From an uncultured Acidobacteriota bacterium (GTDB lineage Bacteria > Acidobacteriota > Vicinamibacteria > Fen-336): a stretch of DNA of 64,000 bases. Position 1 is the stretch's first letter; every line of letters begins with the position of its first letter. The notes beneath the pieces are model-generated. The model was not told the origin of the DNA. It saw nothing but the letters and a program-made list of their open reading frames with translations, and searched no databases. Both the position numbers and the translations under genes were made by a program. Below are positions 1 through 9,597 of the stretch, in pieces. The stretch spans positions 2,048,001 through 2,112,000 of the forward strand of contig OY970399.1 in assembly GCA_963720545.1 (NCBI GenBank). Reading direction: 5' to 3'.

Positions 1-173
1 CGGCAGCGTATCAGATGATTACTGGTTCGTTCGACGGGCCGCACAAAGAGTCGTTCTCCTACCAGATCTTCAGAACGTCACCCCTGGCACCAGCTCGACC
101 GGGACCCGCGTGCCGGCCGAAATCATCAGCTTGCAATTGATGCCGGTTGCAAGCCATAGGTCCGCTTCTTATT

Positions 174-186
174 AATCAATGACTTA
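174..186 (+). promoter_or_regulatory. Putative IHF binding site
   Basis: AATCAATGACTTA matches the IHF consensus WATCAANNNNTTR, in an AT-rich patch of the non-coding window start. Confidence 0.35.
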
Positions 187-367
187 GAGAAGCCGGAGGG
201 CTCGCGACCCGCGGCGCCATCGCCTGTGGTCTTTGCACGTCGCGCGTGCTAACGTCCTTGCCAGAATGACTCTGGACCCGGGTCAAGCCCGGGCGTGTTG
301 CGACGTTCCTACCTCAGGCTTCGCCGGCCCGCCCCCCTCGTGTCCCGCATCGTAAGGAGAAGTACGC

Positions 368-1639
368 TTGGCCGCTAATGCCGCCCAGGACGAGCAAAGA
401 CTCGCCCTCTTCATAGATTTCGAAAACATCGCCATCGGCGTCAGGGACGCCCACTACCCCAAGTTCGACGTCAACCTCGTGCTGGAGCGCCTGCTCGAAA
501 AGGGCAAGGTCCTCGCGAAGAAGGCGTACGCCGACTGGAACCGCTACAACGACTACAAGCGCTCGTTCCACGAGGCCGCCATCGAACTGATCGAAGTGCC
601 CCAGAAGTCCATGGGCGGCAAGAACTCCGCCGACATCCGGCTGGTGGTCGACGCCATGGACATGTCGTTCCAGAAGGAGCACATCAACTGCTTCGTGATC
701 GCCTCCGGCGATTCCGACTTTTCGCCGCTGGTCTCGAAGCTGAAGGAAAACAACAAGTACGTGATCGGCCTCGGGGTGAAGAACTCCACCTCGGACCTGC
801 TCATGGACAACTGCGACGAGTTCATCTTCTATGAAGACCTCGTGCGCGGGCAGCGCCTGCCGCTGCCGGTGATCCCCAACGTGCCGGAGAAGGTGCAGGA
901 AGCCTTCGGCCTGCTGGTGGACGCGATCGTCGCGCTGCAGCGCGAGAACAAGGAAGTGCTCTGGGGCTCCATGGTGAAGGAAACCATGAAGCGCAAGAAG
1001 CCTTCGTTCAACGAGACCTACTACGGGTTCCGTTCCTTCAGCCACCTGCTCGAGGATGCGCAGCGCCGCGGCATCGTGACGCTGCGCCGCGACCAGCGCT
1101 CCGGCAGCTACGTCATCGAGGACCTGGCGGCCGGCGGCATGGGCGCGCTCAGCAACTCGCCCGTGCGGCCCGATTCGGCAAGCACCGGCGGCGCGCCCGG
1201 CAACGGACACGCCCGGCCGCAGGCGGTACCCGCGGCGAACGCCGCGCCGCTCGAAGCCGGCAGTGGTGCTGGCGCAGGGGAAACGAACGGCGAGGCGGGC
1301 CAGCGCGACCGCAATCCGCGCAGCCGGCGCGGCCGCGGACGGGGCCGGGGACGTGGGCGCGGCCTCGGTGTTCCGGGCGCCGCGGGTGCCGCCGCGGGAG
1401 CCGCGGGCGGCGAACCGCTGGGCCACGAGGACGATCACGACCAGGATCACGATTACGACGGCGACCCGGGCGAGCACGGCGACCATGGCGACGACTCGCG
1501 CGCTTCGGCCGCGCCCGACAGCCCGGAATCCGCGCGCGACCGCATCAGCATCGTGGCGCCGCAGGCCCCGCAACCGGAAGAGAGGCACGACTTCTCGCTC
1601 CTCTCCTGGTTCCGGCGCGACACCGACAAACCCGAGTAA
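368..1639 (+). CDS. NYN-domain (LabA/DUF88, PIN-like) protein with OST-HTH/LOTUS domain and long low-complexity C-terminal tail
   Basis: LALFIDFEN, GKNSADIRLVVD and IASGDSDFSPL are NYN motifs; PSFNETYYGFRSFSHLL is LOTUS-like; TTG start preceded by AAGGAG. Confidence 0.88.
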   Translation: MAANAAQDEQRLALFIDFENIAIGVRDAHYPKFDVNLVLERLLEKGKVLAKKAYADWNRYNDYKRSFHEAAIELIEVPQKSMGGKNSADIRLVVDAMDMSFQKEHINCFVIASGDSDFSPLVSKLKENNKYVIGLGVKNSTSDLLMDNCDEFIFYEDLVRGQRLPLPVIPNVPEKVQEAFGLLVDAIVALQRENKEVLWGSMVKETMKRKKPSFNETYYGFRSFSHLLEDAQRRGIVTLRRDQRSGSYVIEDLAAGGMGALSNSPVRPDSASTGGAPGNGHARPQAVPAANAAPLEAGSGAGAGETNGEAGQRDRNPRSRRGRGRGRGRGRGLGVPGAAGAAAGAAGGEPLGHEDDHDQDHDYDGDPGEHGDHGDDSRASAAPDSPESARDRISIVAPQAPQPEERHDFSLLSWFRRDTDKPE

Positions 1640-1694
1640 CCGACCGCTCGCAACACCCCGGAATTGCTATAATTCCGGGGTTCCGCGCATCCGT

Positions 1695-1769
1695 GGCGCT
1701 ATCGTCTAGGGGTTAGGACGGGTGGTTCTCAGCCATCAAACCAGGGTTCGATTCCCTGTAGCGCTACCA
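1695..1769 (+). tRNA. tRNA-Glu (CTC)
   Basis: GGCGCTA...TAGCGCT-ACCA acceptor stem, anticodon loop TTCTCAG, T-loop GGTTCGATTCC; TATAAT upstream at about 1668. Confidence 0.95.
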
Positions 1770-1884
1770 ACACCGCGGCGGCGCTGGCCAGTAGGCGAGA
1801 CGCGAGACACGGCGATGCCTCGGAATTTTTCAAACTAGGTGCAGACACTCAGAAGATTCGTTAGCAGCCCGGCGTAGCCCGCTT

Positions 1885-2208
1885 GTGGCCTCGGCTGCGG
1901 TAGGGGATTCCCCCCATATCCCAATCGACATCACACGCGCATACTCCAGCTCAATGCCCCTGCAGCGTCTTTACGCGCTGTTGCCTGCACGCTATCCCAA
2001 GCCTCATGCGGAGATCGAGTCTCATGCCACCGTGCTCACCTGGCAAAAGGACGGAGCGTCCCTTCTTCTGACCGTGGGGTCGAATCTCATCGGCTACGCG
2101 GCGGTGATCGACGGCAAGGCACTGCGCGGCACAGCCGTGTTTCCTTTGGATGGCGAGGAACTCCCGGACCCTATTGGAGAGATTCTGGAGAAGATGTTTC
2201 CGACATAG
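1885..2208 (+). CDS. Small hypothetical protein (start uncertain, possibly ATG at 1954)
   Basis: Only plausible ORF between the tRNA and the convergent kinase; globular-looking composition. Confidence 0.45.
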   Translation: MASAAVGDSPHIPIDITRAYSSSMPLQRLYALLPARYPKPHAEIESHATVLTWQKDGASLLLTVGSNLIGYAAVIDGKALRGTAVFPLDGEELPDPIGEILEKMFPT

Positions 2209-2228
2209 GGAGCGATGAGCGTTGAGCC

Positions 2229-3827
2229 CTATTCGTCGACTCCAGCTCGTTTGGCCAGCAACTCGCGCAACGTGTGAAGGTCGGGCGGCTTGGTCATGTG
2301 ATGACTGAAGCCAGCAGCAGTTGATCGTTGCTGGTCCTCTTCCTGGCCCCAGCCCGTAAGCGCGATGAGGATAATGCCGCGATACGCGGAATCGGCGCGA
2401 ATGCGGCGCGCAACCTCGTAGCCGTCCATACCCGGCATGCCGATGTCGAGAAGAACCGCCTCGGGATGAAAAGCCTCGAGGGCCGCGAGTGCGGCATGGC
2501 CACTGTGGCACACGGAGACCGTCGCTCCAAGTGCGTGGAGCAGAGAGCCAAGACTGTCGGCCGCGTCGGCGTTGTCGTCGACAACCAGCACGCGACGGGG
2601 CGGGAAATCAGCGAGCGGCTCAGTAGTACGGCTACCTGGCGACGCGTACTCCTCACGCATCAGCGGCAGGTGGACCAGAAACTCGGTGCCGCCGCCGCTG
2701 CTTGAAGTGCGCGCCTCGACACGGCCGCCGTGCAGTTCCACCAGGCTGCGCACCAGCGTCAGCCCGATCCCGAGACCGCCTTGCGAGCGCCGGTTAGAGC
2801 GGTCGACTTGAGTGAACATCTCGAACACGGCGCCAAGTTGGTCGGGTGGTATGCCAATGCCGTTGTCGAGCACCGAAACGACGCACCCATCGTTCTCACG
2901 TCGCGCGCCCAGCTCGATCCGTCCACCTGGGTTGGTGTACTTCACTGCATTGCCGAGCAGGTTCGCAAACACCTGAGTCAGTCGCATCGCGTCGCCGGCC
3001 ACGACCAGCGACTCGCTTGGCGGCGCGAGGATGAGTTCATGGCCGGCCGCGTTGAGCGCTGGACGACAGGTTTCGGCGGCCGATAGCACGACCAGCCAGA
3101 TGTCGATTGGCTCGCGCTGCACCTCAACCACGCCGCGGGTGATTCGCGAGACTTCGAGCAGATCGTCGACCAGCCGCGTCAGGTGGGTGACCTGCCGCTC
3201 CATGAGTGCCGTCACTCGTGCCACGTCTGGATCCGTGCGGGCAGTCGCCTTCAACAGGTGCAGGCCAGTGGTCAGGGGTGCCAGAGGATTGCGCAATTCG
3301 TGTCCGAGCGTTGCCAGGAACTCGTCCTTGCGCTGGTCGGAGCGTCGCAAAAGTTCCTCGACCTGGACCCGCTCGGCGAGGTTGTCGCGAATCTGATACT
3401 GACGCTCGCGGGCGCGCAGTGCCGTGCGTACAGAACTTACGAGCGTTGCGACCCGCAGCGGCCGTTCGAGAACGGTTACATTGCCGAGGGAGCGGACGGC
3501 ATCGCCGAGATTCGAAGAGTCGGCTCCAGGCCGCGCCAGCACCAGGACCGGCGGGTCCGACCAGGGTGGCTGTTCGGCGAGTGCCCGGGACAACGCGGCG
3601 GTGCGGGTGCCCGACAGGCTCTCCTCCGCGAGCAGCAGGGCCGAAGCGCCGCTGCCCAGCGCCTCGACAATGGCGTCCAGGTCTGGGCAGATCGTGACGC
3701 TGATGCCGGAGGACGACAGCACCGATTCGGCAAGCGCGGCATCCCTGGCGGTGGCAGCGAGCACCAGCACCCGCGCATCGAGGCTTGCAGAGTCGCGACC
3801 TTCTACGACTTTGGCGTCGGTTCCCAC
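2229..3827 (-). CDS. Hybrid sensor histidine kinase/response regulator with degenerate N-terminal receiver-like domain
   Basis: H-box FLATLGHELRNPL, N-box NLLGNAVKY, DNGIG and GGLGIGL boxes, C-terminal receiver (VVDD, LLDIGMP, ALTG, KP). Confidence 0.92.
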   Translation of the reverse strand: MGTDAKVVEGRDSASLDARVLVLAATARDAALAESVLSSSGISVTICPDLDAIVEALGSGASALLLAEESLSGTRTAALSRALAEQPPWSDPPVLVLARPGADSSNLGDAVRSLGNVTVLERPLRVATLVSSVRTALRARERQYQIRDNLAERVQVEELLRRSDQRKDEFLATLGHELRNPLAPLTTGLHLLKATARTDPDVARVTALMERQVTHLTRLVDDLLEVSRITRGVVEVQREPIDIWLVVLSAAETCRPALNAAGHELILAPPSESLVVAGDAMRLTQVFANLLGNAVKYTNPGGRIELGARRENDGCVVSVLDNGIGIPPDQLGAVFEMFTQVDRSNRRSQGGLGIGLTLVRSLVELHGGRVEARTSSSGGGTEFLVHLPLMREEYASPGSRTTEPLADFPPRRVLVVDDNADAADSLGSLLHALGATVSVCHSGHAALAALEAFHPEAVLLDIGMPGMDGYEVARRIRADSAYRGIILIALTGWGQEEDQQRSTAAGFSHHMTKPPDLHTLRELLAKRAGVDE

Positions 3828-5305
3828 GGCCCGCCCGATCCCTCGTACACCGGCATACCGGTCAGCACGCCGCGGAACTCACGGAGCACTTCGCCAACGA
3901 CGATGCCGCCCTGGTCGAGGCGGAACTCGCGGATGGTGCGCTCGTGCCTGCTGCCGCGCTTCTTGACGATCGAGATCGCCTGTCGCAACTCGCCCGCCGC
4001 TTCGAAATAACGCAAGAGCAGTACTGCGTCGGCAAGGTAGGTCGCGTCGATGGGGGTGACCATCTGCGCACCGATGAGCCCCTGGTGCGCTCCGACCAGG
4101 ATCGTTGCGACGTTCTTCTGTCCGAGATATATCAGCAGTTCGTGCAGCTGGATGGTGAGGAAACGTTCTTCCGGCATCGCATTCAGGTAGCCATTCAAGC
4201 TGTCGATCACGACGATGGCGGCCTGGTCTTCGACGGCAACGCTCACCGAGTGCATGAACTCACCGGGCGTCAACTCAGCTGGATCGATCTGGCGCACCAC
4301 CACGATGCCGGCCTCGACGTGCTGTCGCAGGGGGATCTGGAGCGCCTCGCAGCGCGACAAGAGCGTCTTGGGGCTCTCGTCGAACAGGAACATTGCGCCG
4401 CGCTGGCCGCGTCCGGCGGCCGCGGTTACAAACTGAGCCGCGAGCGTTGACTTCCCGGTGCCGGCGGCACCGACGAACAGCGTACTCGTGCCTTGCTCTA
4501 TGCCGCCGCCCATGAGCGTGTCGAGCTCGGTCACGTCGCTCCGCAGTTTGCCGCGGAGCGTGTCAATTCGGTGTTCGGCGGCGACCAGCCGCGGAAACAC
4601 AAGGAGACCGCCGCGGCGGATCACGAAATCGTGGTAGCCGCCACGAAACTGCATGCCGCGATACTTGACTATCCGTAGCCGGCGGCGTTCATTGCCGTAT
4701 TCCGGGTGGCGCTGTTCCAGCGTGACGACACCGTGCGCGAGGCTCTGCATCTGCAGGTCGCGGTCGGTCGCTGTCATGTCGTCAAGCAGCACGACGGTGC
4801 ACTGTCGACGGGAGAAGAACTGCTTGAGGGTCAGGATCTGGCGGCGATAGCGCAGCGGGTTGCCGGCCAGCAGACGCACCTCGGAGAGCGAATCGAACAC
4901 CACCCGCGACGGCTTGAGTCGTTCGACAGAAGTCAGTATCGGCTTCATGGTCGAAGCCAGCTCGACCTCGGAGGGATGGAAAAGGGTGTTTTCATCGTCG
5001 CCTTCGAAAGACGACTCGATCGGGGCCAACTCGTGAATGGCTATGCCGTCCAGGCTCCAGCCATGTGAGCGTGCGACGGCCTGAATCTCCTCGGAGGTCT
5101 CGGAAAAGGTGACGTAGAGGACCACCTCCCCCTGCGCGGCTCCAGCCATGAGGAATTGCAACGCGAGCGTCGTCTTGCCGGTGCCGGGCACCCCTTCGAC
5201 AACGTACATCCGGTTGCGGATGAATCCGCCTGCGAGGACATCGTCGAGGCCGGGTATGTTTGTGGACGCAATGCCGTCAGGGGGTGAAGGCGCCGGTGCC
5301 ACCAT
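3803..5305 (-). CDS. KaiC-like duplicated RecA-family ATPase (RAD55/GvpD-like)
   Basis: Two Walker A motifs (GVPGTGKT, GAAGTGKS), VVFDS/VVIDS Walker B motifs, KYRG/KKRG motifs; overlaps the kinase start. Confidence 0.9.
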   Translation of the reverse strand: MVAPAPSPPDGIASTNIPGLDDVLAGGFIRNRMYVVEGVPGTGKTTLALQFLMAGAAQGEVVLYVTFSETSEEIQAVARSHGWSLDGIAIHELAPIESSFEGDDENTLFHPSEVELASTMKPILTSVERLKPSRVVFDSLSEVRLLAGNPLRYRRQILTLKQFFSRRQCTVVLLDDMTATDRDLQMQSLAHGVVTLEQRHPEYGNERRRLRIVKYRGMQFRGGYHDFVIRRGGLLVFPRLVAAEHRIDTLRGKLRSDVTELDTLMGGGIEQGTSTLFVGAAGTGKSTLAAQFVTAAAGRGQRGAMFLFDESPKTLLSRCEALQIPLRQHVEAGIVVVRQIDPAELTPGEFMHSVSVAVEDQAAIVVIDSLNGYLNAMPEERFLTIQLHELLIYLGQKNVATILVGAHQGLIGAQMVTPIDATYLADAVLLLRYFEAAGELRQAISIVKKRGSRHERTIREFRLDQGGIVVGEVLREFRGVLTGMPVYEGSGGPWEPTPKS

Positions 5306-5413
5306 GCTGACGCTCCTTGGAAGGCGGCGGCTTGATGGATCGGCTGCGCGCGCCAACAGTGTACTCCGCAATTTCGCGTTGGGTTTAAGTTACCATCGAG
5401 TCGATGGAGCAAG

Positions 5414-7048
5414 ATGGCGGGACTCCGGCTGCCCGCTAGCCGTTTCGGCGCGCACGCCATCGTCGTCCTTGCCGTGTGGCCGCTGCACAGCGCCTTCCTG
5501 GCGATGCTGGAGGCGCGGCGGATTCCCTACTTCCGGGTCGGCTGGTCGCAGGCGGCCGGCGGTTCGGCGGCGGGCCTGGTGCTCCTTCTGCCCGACTTGT
5601 TGCTATGCGCCGCGCTGGCGCTCGGCGTCTTGTGGTTCTTGTTCTCGCACCTCGGCACGACGCCGCAGCAGCGCGGCTTCCGTCTCAAGCTGCTGGCCGA
5701 GCCGGTGCTGCTCTACACGGGGCTCGCTTTCGGCGTCCTGCTCTTTTACCCAGGGGTCTCCGCGCAGCCGATGTTCCGTTGGTTCGGCGAGCTGCCGGCC
5801 GCCACCATCCCCGCCGGCCTGCTGGCTGCGATCCTGCTCGGGTCGTGGCTCCTCGCGGCACCTCGCCGCGCCGCGCGCCTGGCCGCCGCCATCATCCTGA
5901 TCGGGGTGACGGCGCCGGCAATGGTGTTGGTGCGTGGCCGGATTGCCGGTGCGTTCGGCAAGCCCTCCGACCTGGTGGTGCTCGGCCTCGATTCGGTCTC
6001 GCAGCAAGACGACGTCGATGCGCTGCGCGGCTTCATCGCGGAGAGAGGCGGCGCCTGGTACGAGCAGCCCATGACGCCGGGCCTCATGACGAACGCCGTC
6101 TGGGCGAGTGTCCTGACCATGAGCCCGGTGCGCGAGCACGGCATCTTCCACACTTTCCAGCAGTTGCCCGAAGGCCCGGCGCCGCTGCTCCGCGAAGCGA
6201 CCGCGCGCGGCTACCACAGCGTGTCGGTGTTTCCCGATCAGCTCACCTGCGCCGCCGGTTCCGAGGCAGGCTTCGACGTCGATCGCAGCGGTCCGATCGG
6301 TTGGCGCCAGCTGGTCTTGCCGATCGTGGAGAACAACACCCTGCTGCTGCCGCTGCTCAAGCCGCTGCTGCCGCGGTTCTGGCCCTCGGCGGCCCCGCCC
6401 AACCACGCCGGCACCTTCACCTACGACCTCGACCGCGAGCTGCGTGAGATCTTCCTCGCTGGCCGCGGGCAGCGGCCGACGCTGGTGATGGCGCACCTCA
6501 CCTACCTTCACCATGCGGCGTATCCGCGCTATCTCGACCTGACGCGGGCGCAGATCGGCCGCGTGCTCCGGGCACCGGCGCGCCTGGCGCGCGACCGCAC
6601 CTTCGACTGGCAGGCGGGCGACCGGGCGGGCGATCCGATCGCGATCCGCAGCTTCAAGCTGGCGCGCCTTCAGGAGGCCATCGCGAGCGCGGCCGGCGCG
6701 ACAGCCTTCTCGAAGGAAGGCCGCCTCGTGCTCTTCTCGGACCACGGCGACCGCCGCGGCATCACCATGGAGAACTTCGCCGAACCGCGCTTCCACCGGG
6801 TGGTGCTCGCCACCGTCGGCTTGCCGCAGCGGGCCCGCGACGTGCCGCTGTCGCTCATCGACATCGGGACGCTCGCCGGGCTCGCGACGCGGCCGCCGCA
6901 GGAGCCGGCGGTCGAGTTCACGCTGGCGCCGCCGCACATGTGGCCGCGACTGCTGGAGCGCGCCCGGCTGCGCTGGTCGGGCGCCGTGGAGCTCGATTCG
7001 CGGCAATTGGCGCGGGTTTTTGCGACTCTCGAGAAGAGTCCAAGGTAG
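5414..7048 (+). CDS. Membrane protein with C-terminal alkaline-phosphatase/sulfatase-superfamily domain
   Basis: About 5 N-terminal hydrophobic helices; LVVLGLDS, a Thr at the likely nucleophile position (GLMTNAVWASVLT) and LFSDHG. Confidence 0.65.
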   Translation: MAGLRLPASRFGAHAIVVLAVWPLHSAFLAMLEARRIPYFRVGWSQAAGGSAAGLVLLLPDLLLCAALALGVLWFLFSHLGTTPQQRGFRLKLLAEPVLLYTGLAFGVLLFYPGVSAQPMFRWFGELPAATIPAGLLAAILLGSWLLAAPRRAARLAAAIILIGVTAPAMVLVRGRIAGAFGKPSDLVVLGLDSVSQQDDVDALRGFIAERGGAWYEQPMTPGLMTNAVWASVLTMSPVREHGIFHTFQQLPEGPAPLLREATARGYHSVSVFPDQLTCAAGSEAGFDVDRSGPIGWRQLVLPIVENNTLLLPLLKPLLPRFWPSAAPPNHAGTFTYDLDRELREIFLAGRGQRPTLVMAHLTYLHHAAYPRYLDLTRAQIGRVLRAPARLARDRTFDWQAGDRAGDPIAIRSFKLARLQEAIASAAGATAFSKEGRLVLFSDHGDRRGITMENFAEPRFHRVVLATVGLPQRARDVPLSLIDIGTLAGLATRPPQEPAVEFTLAPPHMWPRLLERARLRWSGAVELDSRQLARVFATLEKSPR

Positions 7049-7125
7049 CCGGTGCGCCGCGAGACCGGTTGTTATACTCGCTGCGAGATAGCGAGCGCCA
7101 GCGGACGCAGCGGTCGAAGATAGCC

Positions 7126-9534
7126 ATGCGAAGCCCCCTCGAAAAACTCGTCGAAGACTTGCCCGACATGGTCTGCCTGTTCCTGCCGGACGGCCGCCTG
7201 ACGTACGCCAACCGCGCCTATCGTGCGCAGTTCGAGATTGCCGAGGATGCAAACCTCGCTGAGTTCAGCTGGATTCCGCTGGTTCACCCCGAGGACCTGC
7301 CACGCGTCGAAGCGCTCATCGCCAGCGCGACTCCAGCGGCGCCCGAGGTGATCATCGACACCCGCGTCGTCGCCGGGAACGGCACCGTGCGCCTGACGCA
7401 GTGGATCTGCCGCGCGCTCTTCGACGAGTCCGGGCAGTTCCTGGTGTTCACGGCCGCCGGCCGCGAAGTCACCGACCTGAGGCGCAGCGAGCTGGACGGC
7501 GCGCGCTTGTCCGCGATCGTTGCGGATGCGGACGACGCCATCATCAGCAAGACGCTCGACGGCATCATCACCTCGTGGAATCGCGCCGCCGAGTCGATGT
7601 TCGGCTACACGGCCGAGGAAGCGATCGGCCTCCCCATCACCACCATAATCCCGTCCGAACGGCTCCCGGAGGAGGCCGAGATCCTGTCGCGTCTGCGCCG
7701 CGGCGAGGCCATGACCCATTTCGAGACCGAACGGATCACCAAGTACGGCGTGCTGCTGCCGGTGTCCCTCAGCGTCTCGCCGATGCGCGACAGGAGCGGG
7801 CGGATCATCGGCGCTTCGAAGGTGCTGCGCGACAACAGCGAGCGCCGCCGCATCGAGGGCAACTTCCGCAGGACGGTCCAGAACCTCGAGGTCCTGTACC
7901 GGCTCGTCGACCGCATCGCTCGCGCCACCGGCCGCGACGAAGTCTGCGAGGCGGGGCTGGCGGCGATCCTGCTGGTGTCGCGCGCCAGTCGCGCCAGCAT
8001 CCTCACTTTCGACGACGCCGGCGTCATGCGCTTCACCTGCTGGTCCGGGCTGTCCGACGGCTACCGCGCCGCGGTCGCGGGCCACTCGCCCTGGAAGGTG
8101 GACGCCGTCGATCCCGAGCCGATCTTCATCGAGGACGTGGCGGCCGCGACGACTCTCGGCGAGCTCAAGGGAGTGGTGCTTGGCGAAGGCATCAAGGCCA
8201 TGGGCTTCGTGCCGCTCGTGGACCAGGGCCGCCTCCTCGGCAAGTTCATGGTGTACCACGACCAGCCGCACCGCTTCGGCTCGGACGAGGTGCAGCTGGC
8301 GACGGTCGTGGCGCAGCACGTCAGCTTCGGCCTGTCGCGCGCGGCCGCCGACGAGTCGATCGGCCGGTTGCTGGTGCGCGAACAGGGTGCCCGCCAGGAC
8401 GCCGACCTGGCGCGGGCCGAGGCGGTGGCCGCGAACCGCGCCAAGGACGACTTCCTGGCGATGCTGGCGCACGAGCTGCGCAACCCGCTTGGCGTCGTCG
8501 TCAACGCCATAGCGCTCGTGGACGACTCGGTGCTCGACGCCGAGGCGCAGCGCGCGACCGGCATGGTGCGGCGCCAGGCCGCCCACCTCGCGCACCTGCT
8601 CGACGACCTGCTCGACGTCGCGCGCATCACCCGCGGCTACATCGCGCTGGAGCGGCGCGTGCTCGACATACGCACCGCGGTGCGGCACGCGACCGAGGCG
8701 CAGCACCGCATGCTCGAGGCCAAGGGCCAGCTGCTGACGGCGGTGGTGCCCGACACGCCCGTGTGCGTCACCGGCGACCCGGCGCGCCTGCAGCAGGTGC
8801 TCGGCAACCTCATCGACAACGCCTCGAAGTACACGCCCGCGGGCGGTTCCATCTGGGTGGAGCTGGAGGCGCTCGACAACGAGGCGGTGTTGCGGGTGCG
8901 CGACAACGGCAGCGGCATCCCCGAGCAGAGCCTCGAATCGGTGTTCGAGCTGTTCACCCAGGCGAACCCGACGTTGGCCCGCTCCGCCGGCGGCCTCGGC
9001 ATCGGGCTCACAATGGTGCGGCGGCTGGTCGAGATGCACGGCGGTTCGGTGGTCGCGCACAGCAATGGGCCTGACCTCGGCACCGAAATGACGGTACGCC
9101 TGCCGCTCTCCGCCGGCGACGCGCGCGGCGAGCGCCGCGAAACGCCCAGCGTGCCCGCGCTGCGGCGCCGCATCCTGCTGGTCGAGGACAATGCCGACGG
9201 ACGCGAGAGCCTGTGCGCGGTGCTGCGCGGGCAGGGCCACGAGGTGTTCGCGGCCGCGAACGGCCGCGACGGGATCGAGGCGGGCCTCGAGCACCGGCCC
9301 GACGTGGCGCTCATCGACATCGGCCTGCCGGACATCGACGGCTACCAGGTCGCGCGCACCCTGCGCGCCGGCCGCGGGCCCGGCATCCGCCTCATCGCCC
9401 TCACCGGCTACGGCCAGGCGGACGACCGGACGCGGGCGCTGCAGGCCGGCTTCGACCTGCACCTCGTCAAACCGGTCGAGCCGCGCCAACTGAGCGCGGC
9501 GCTCCAGGACCTCGCGGAGATCGGCGCCGGCTAA
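7126..9534 (+). CDS. PAS-PAS-GAF hybrid histidine kinase/response regulator
   Basis: PAS motifs (YANRAY, VHPED, SWNRAAESMFGY), GAF-like segment, LAHELRNPL, NLIDNASKY, receiver LLVED/IDIGLP/KP. Confidence 0.92.
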   Translation: MRSPLEKLVEDLPDMVCLFLPDGRLTYANRAYRAQFEIAEDANLAEFSWIPLVHPEDLPRVEALIASATPAAPEVIIDTRVVAGNGTVRLTQWICRALFDESGQFLVFTAAGREVTDLRRSELDGARLSAIVADADDAIISKTLDGIITSWNRAAESMFGYTAEEAIGLPITTIIPSERLPEEAEILSRLRRGEAMTHFETERITKYGVLLPVSLSVSPMRDRSGRIIGASKVLRDNSERRRIEGNFRRTVQNLEVLYRLVDRIARATGRDEVCEAGLAAILLVSRASRASILTFDDAGVMRFTCWSGLSDGYRAAVAGHSPWKVDAVDPEPIFIEDVAAATTLGELKGVVLGEGIKAMGFVPLVDQGRLLGKFMVYHDQPHRFGSDEVQLATVVAQHVSFGLSRAAADESIGRLLVREQGARQDADLARAEAVAANRAKDDFLAMLAHELRNPLGVVVNAIALVDDSVLDAEAQRATGMVRRQAAHLAHLLDDLLDVARITRGYIALERRVLDIRTAVRHATEAQHRMLEAKGQLLTAVVPDTPVCVTGDPARLQQVLGNLIDNASKYTPAGGSIWVELEALDNEAVLRVRDNGSGIPEQSLESVFELFTQANPTLARSAGGLGIGLTMVRRLVEMHGGSVVAHSNGPDLGTEMTVRLPLSAGDARGERRETPSVPALRRRILLVEDNADGRESLCAVLRGQGHEVFAAANGRDGIEAGLEHRPDVALIDIGLPDIDGYQVARTLRAGRGPGIRLIALTGYGQADDRTRALQAGFDLHLVKPVEPRQLSAALQDLAEIGAG

Positions 9535-9536
9535 CT

Positions 9537-9591
9537 TCCTATTGCAGACCCATAGGAGCAGGAGTACATTTCCTATGGTTTGGCAATAGGA
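9537..9591. promoter_or_regulatory. Two palindromic operator-like boxes TCCTA-N11-TAGGA upstream of the ADOP permease (possible PadR-type sites)
   Basis: TCCTATTGCAGACCCATAGGA (9537-9557) and TCCTATGGTTTGGCAATAGGA (9571-9591); they match as inverted copies at 18 of 21 positions. Confidence 0.6.
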
Positions 9592-9597
9592 GCGTTC

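Noticed and set aside
3803..5305. True circadian clock kaiC
   Set aside because: There is no kaiA or kaiB nearby, and the gene is coupled to a hybrid kinase as in non-clock KaiC-like ATPases.
1695..5400. Intact integrative element at tRNA-Glu
   Set aside because: I found no integrase or transposase and no duplicated tRNA 3' end in the window.
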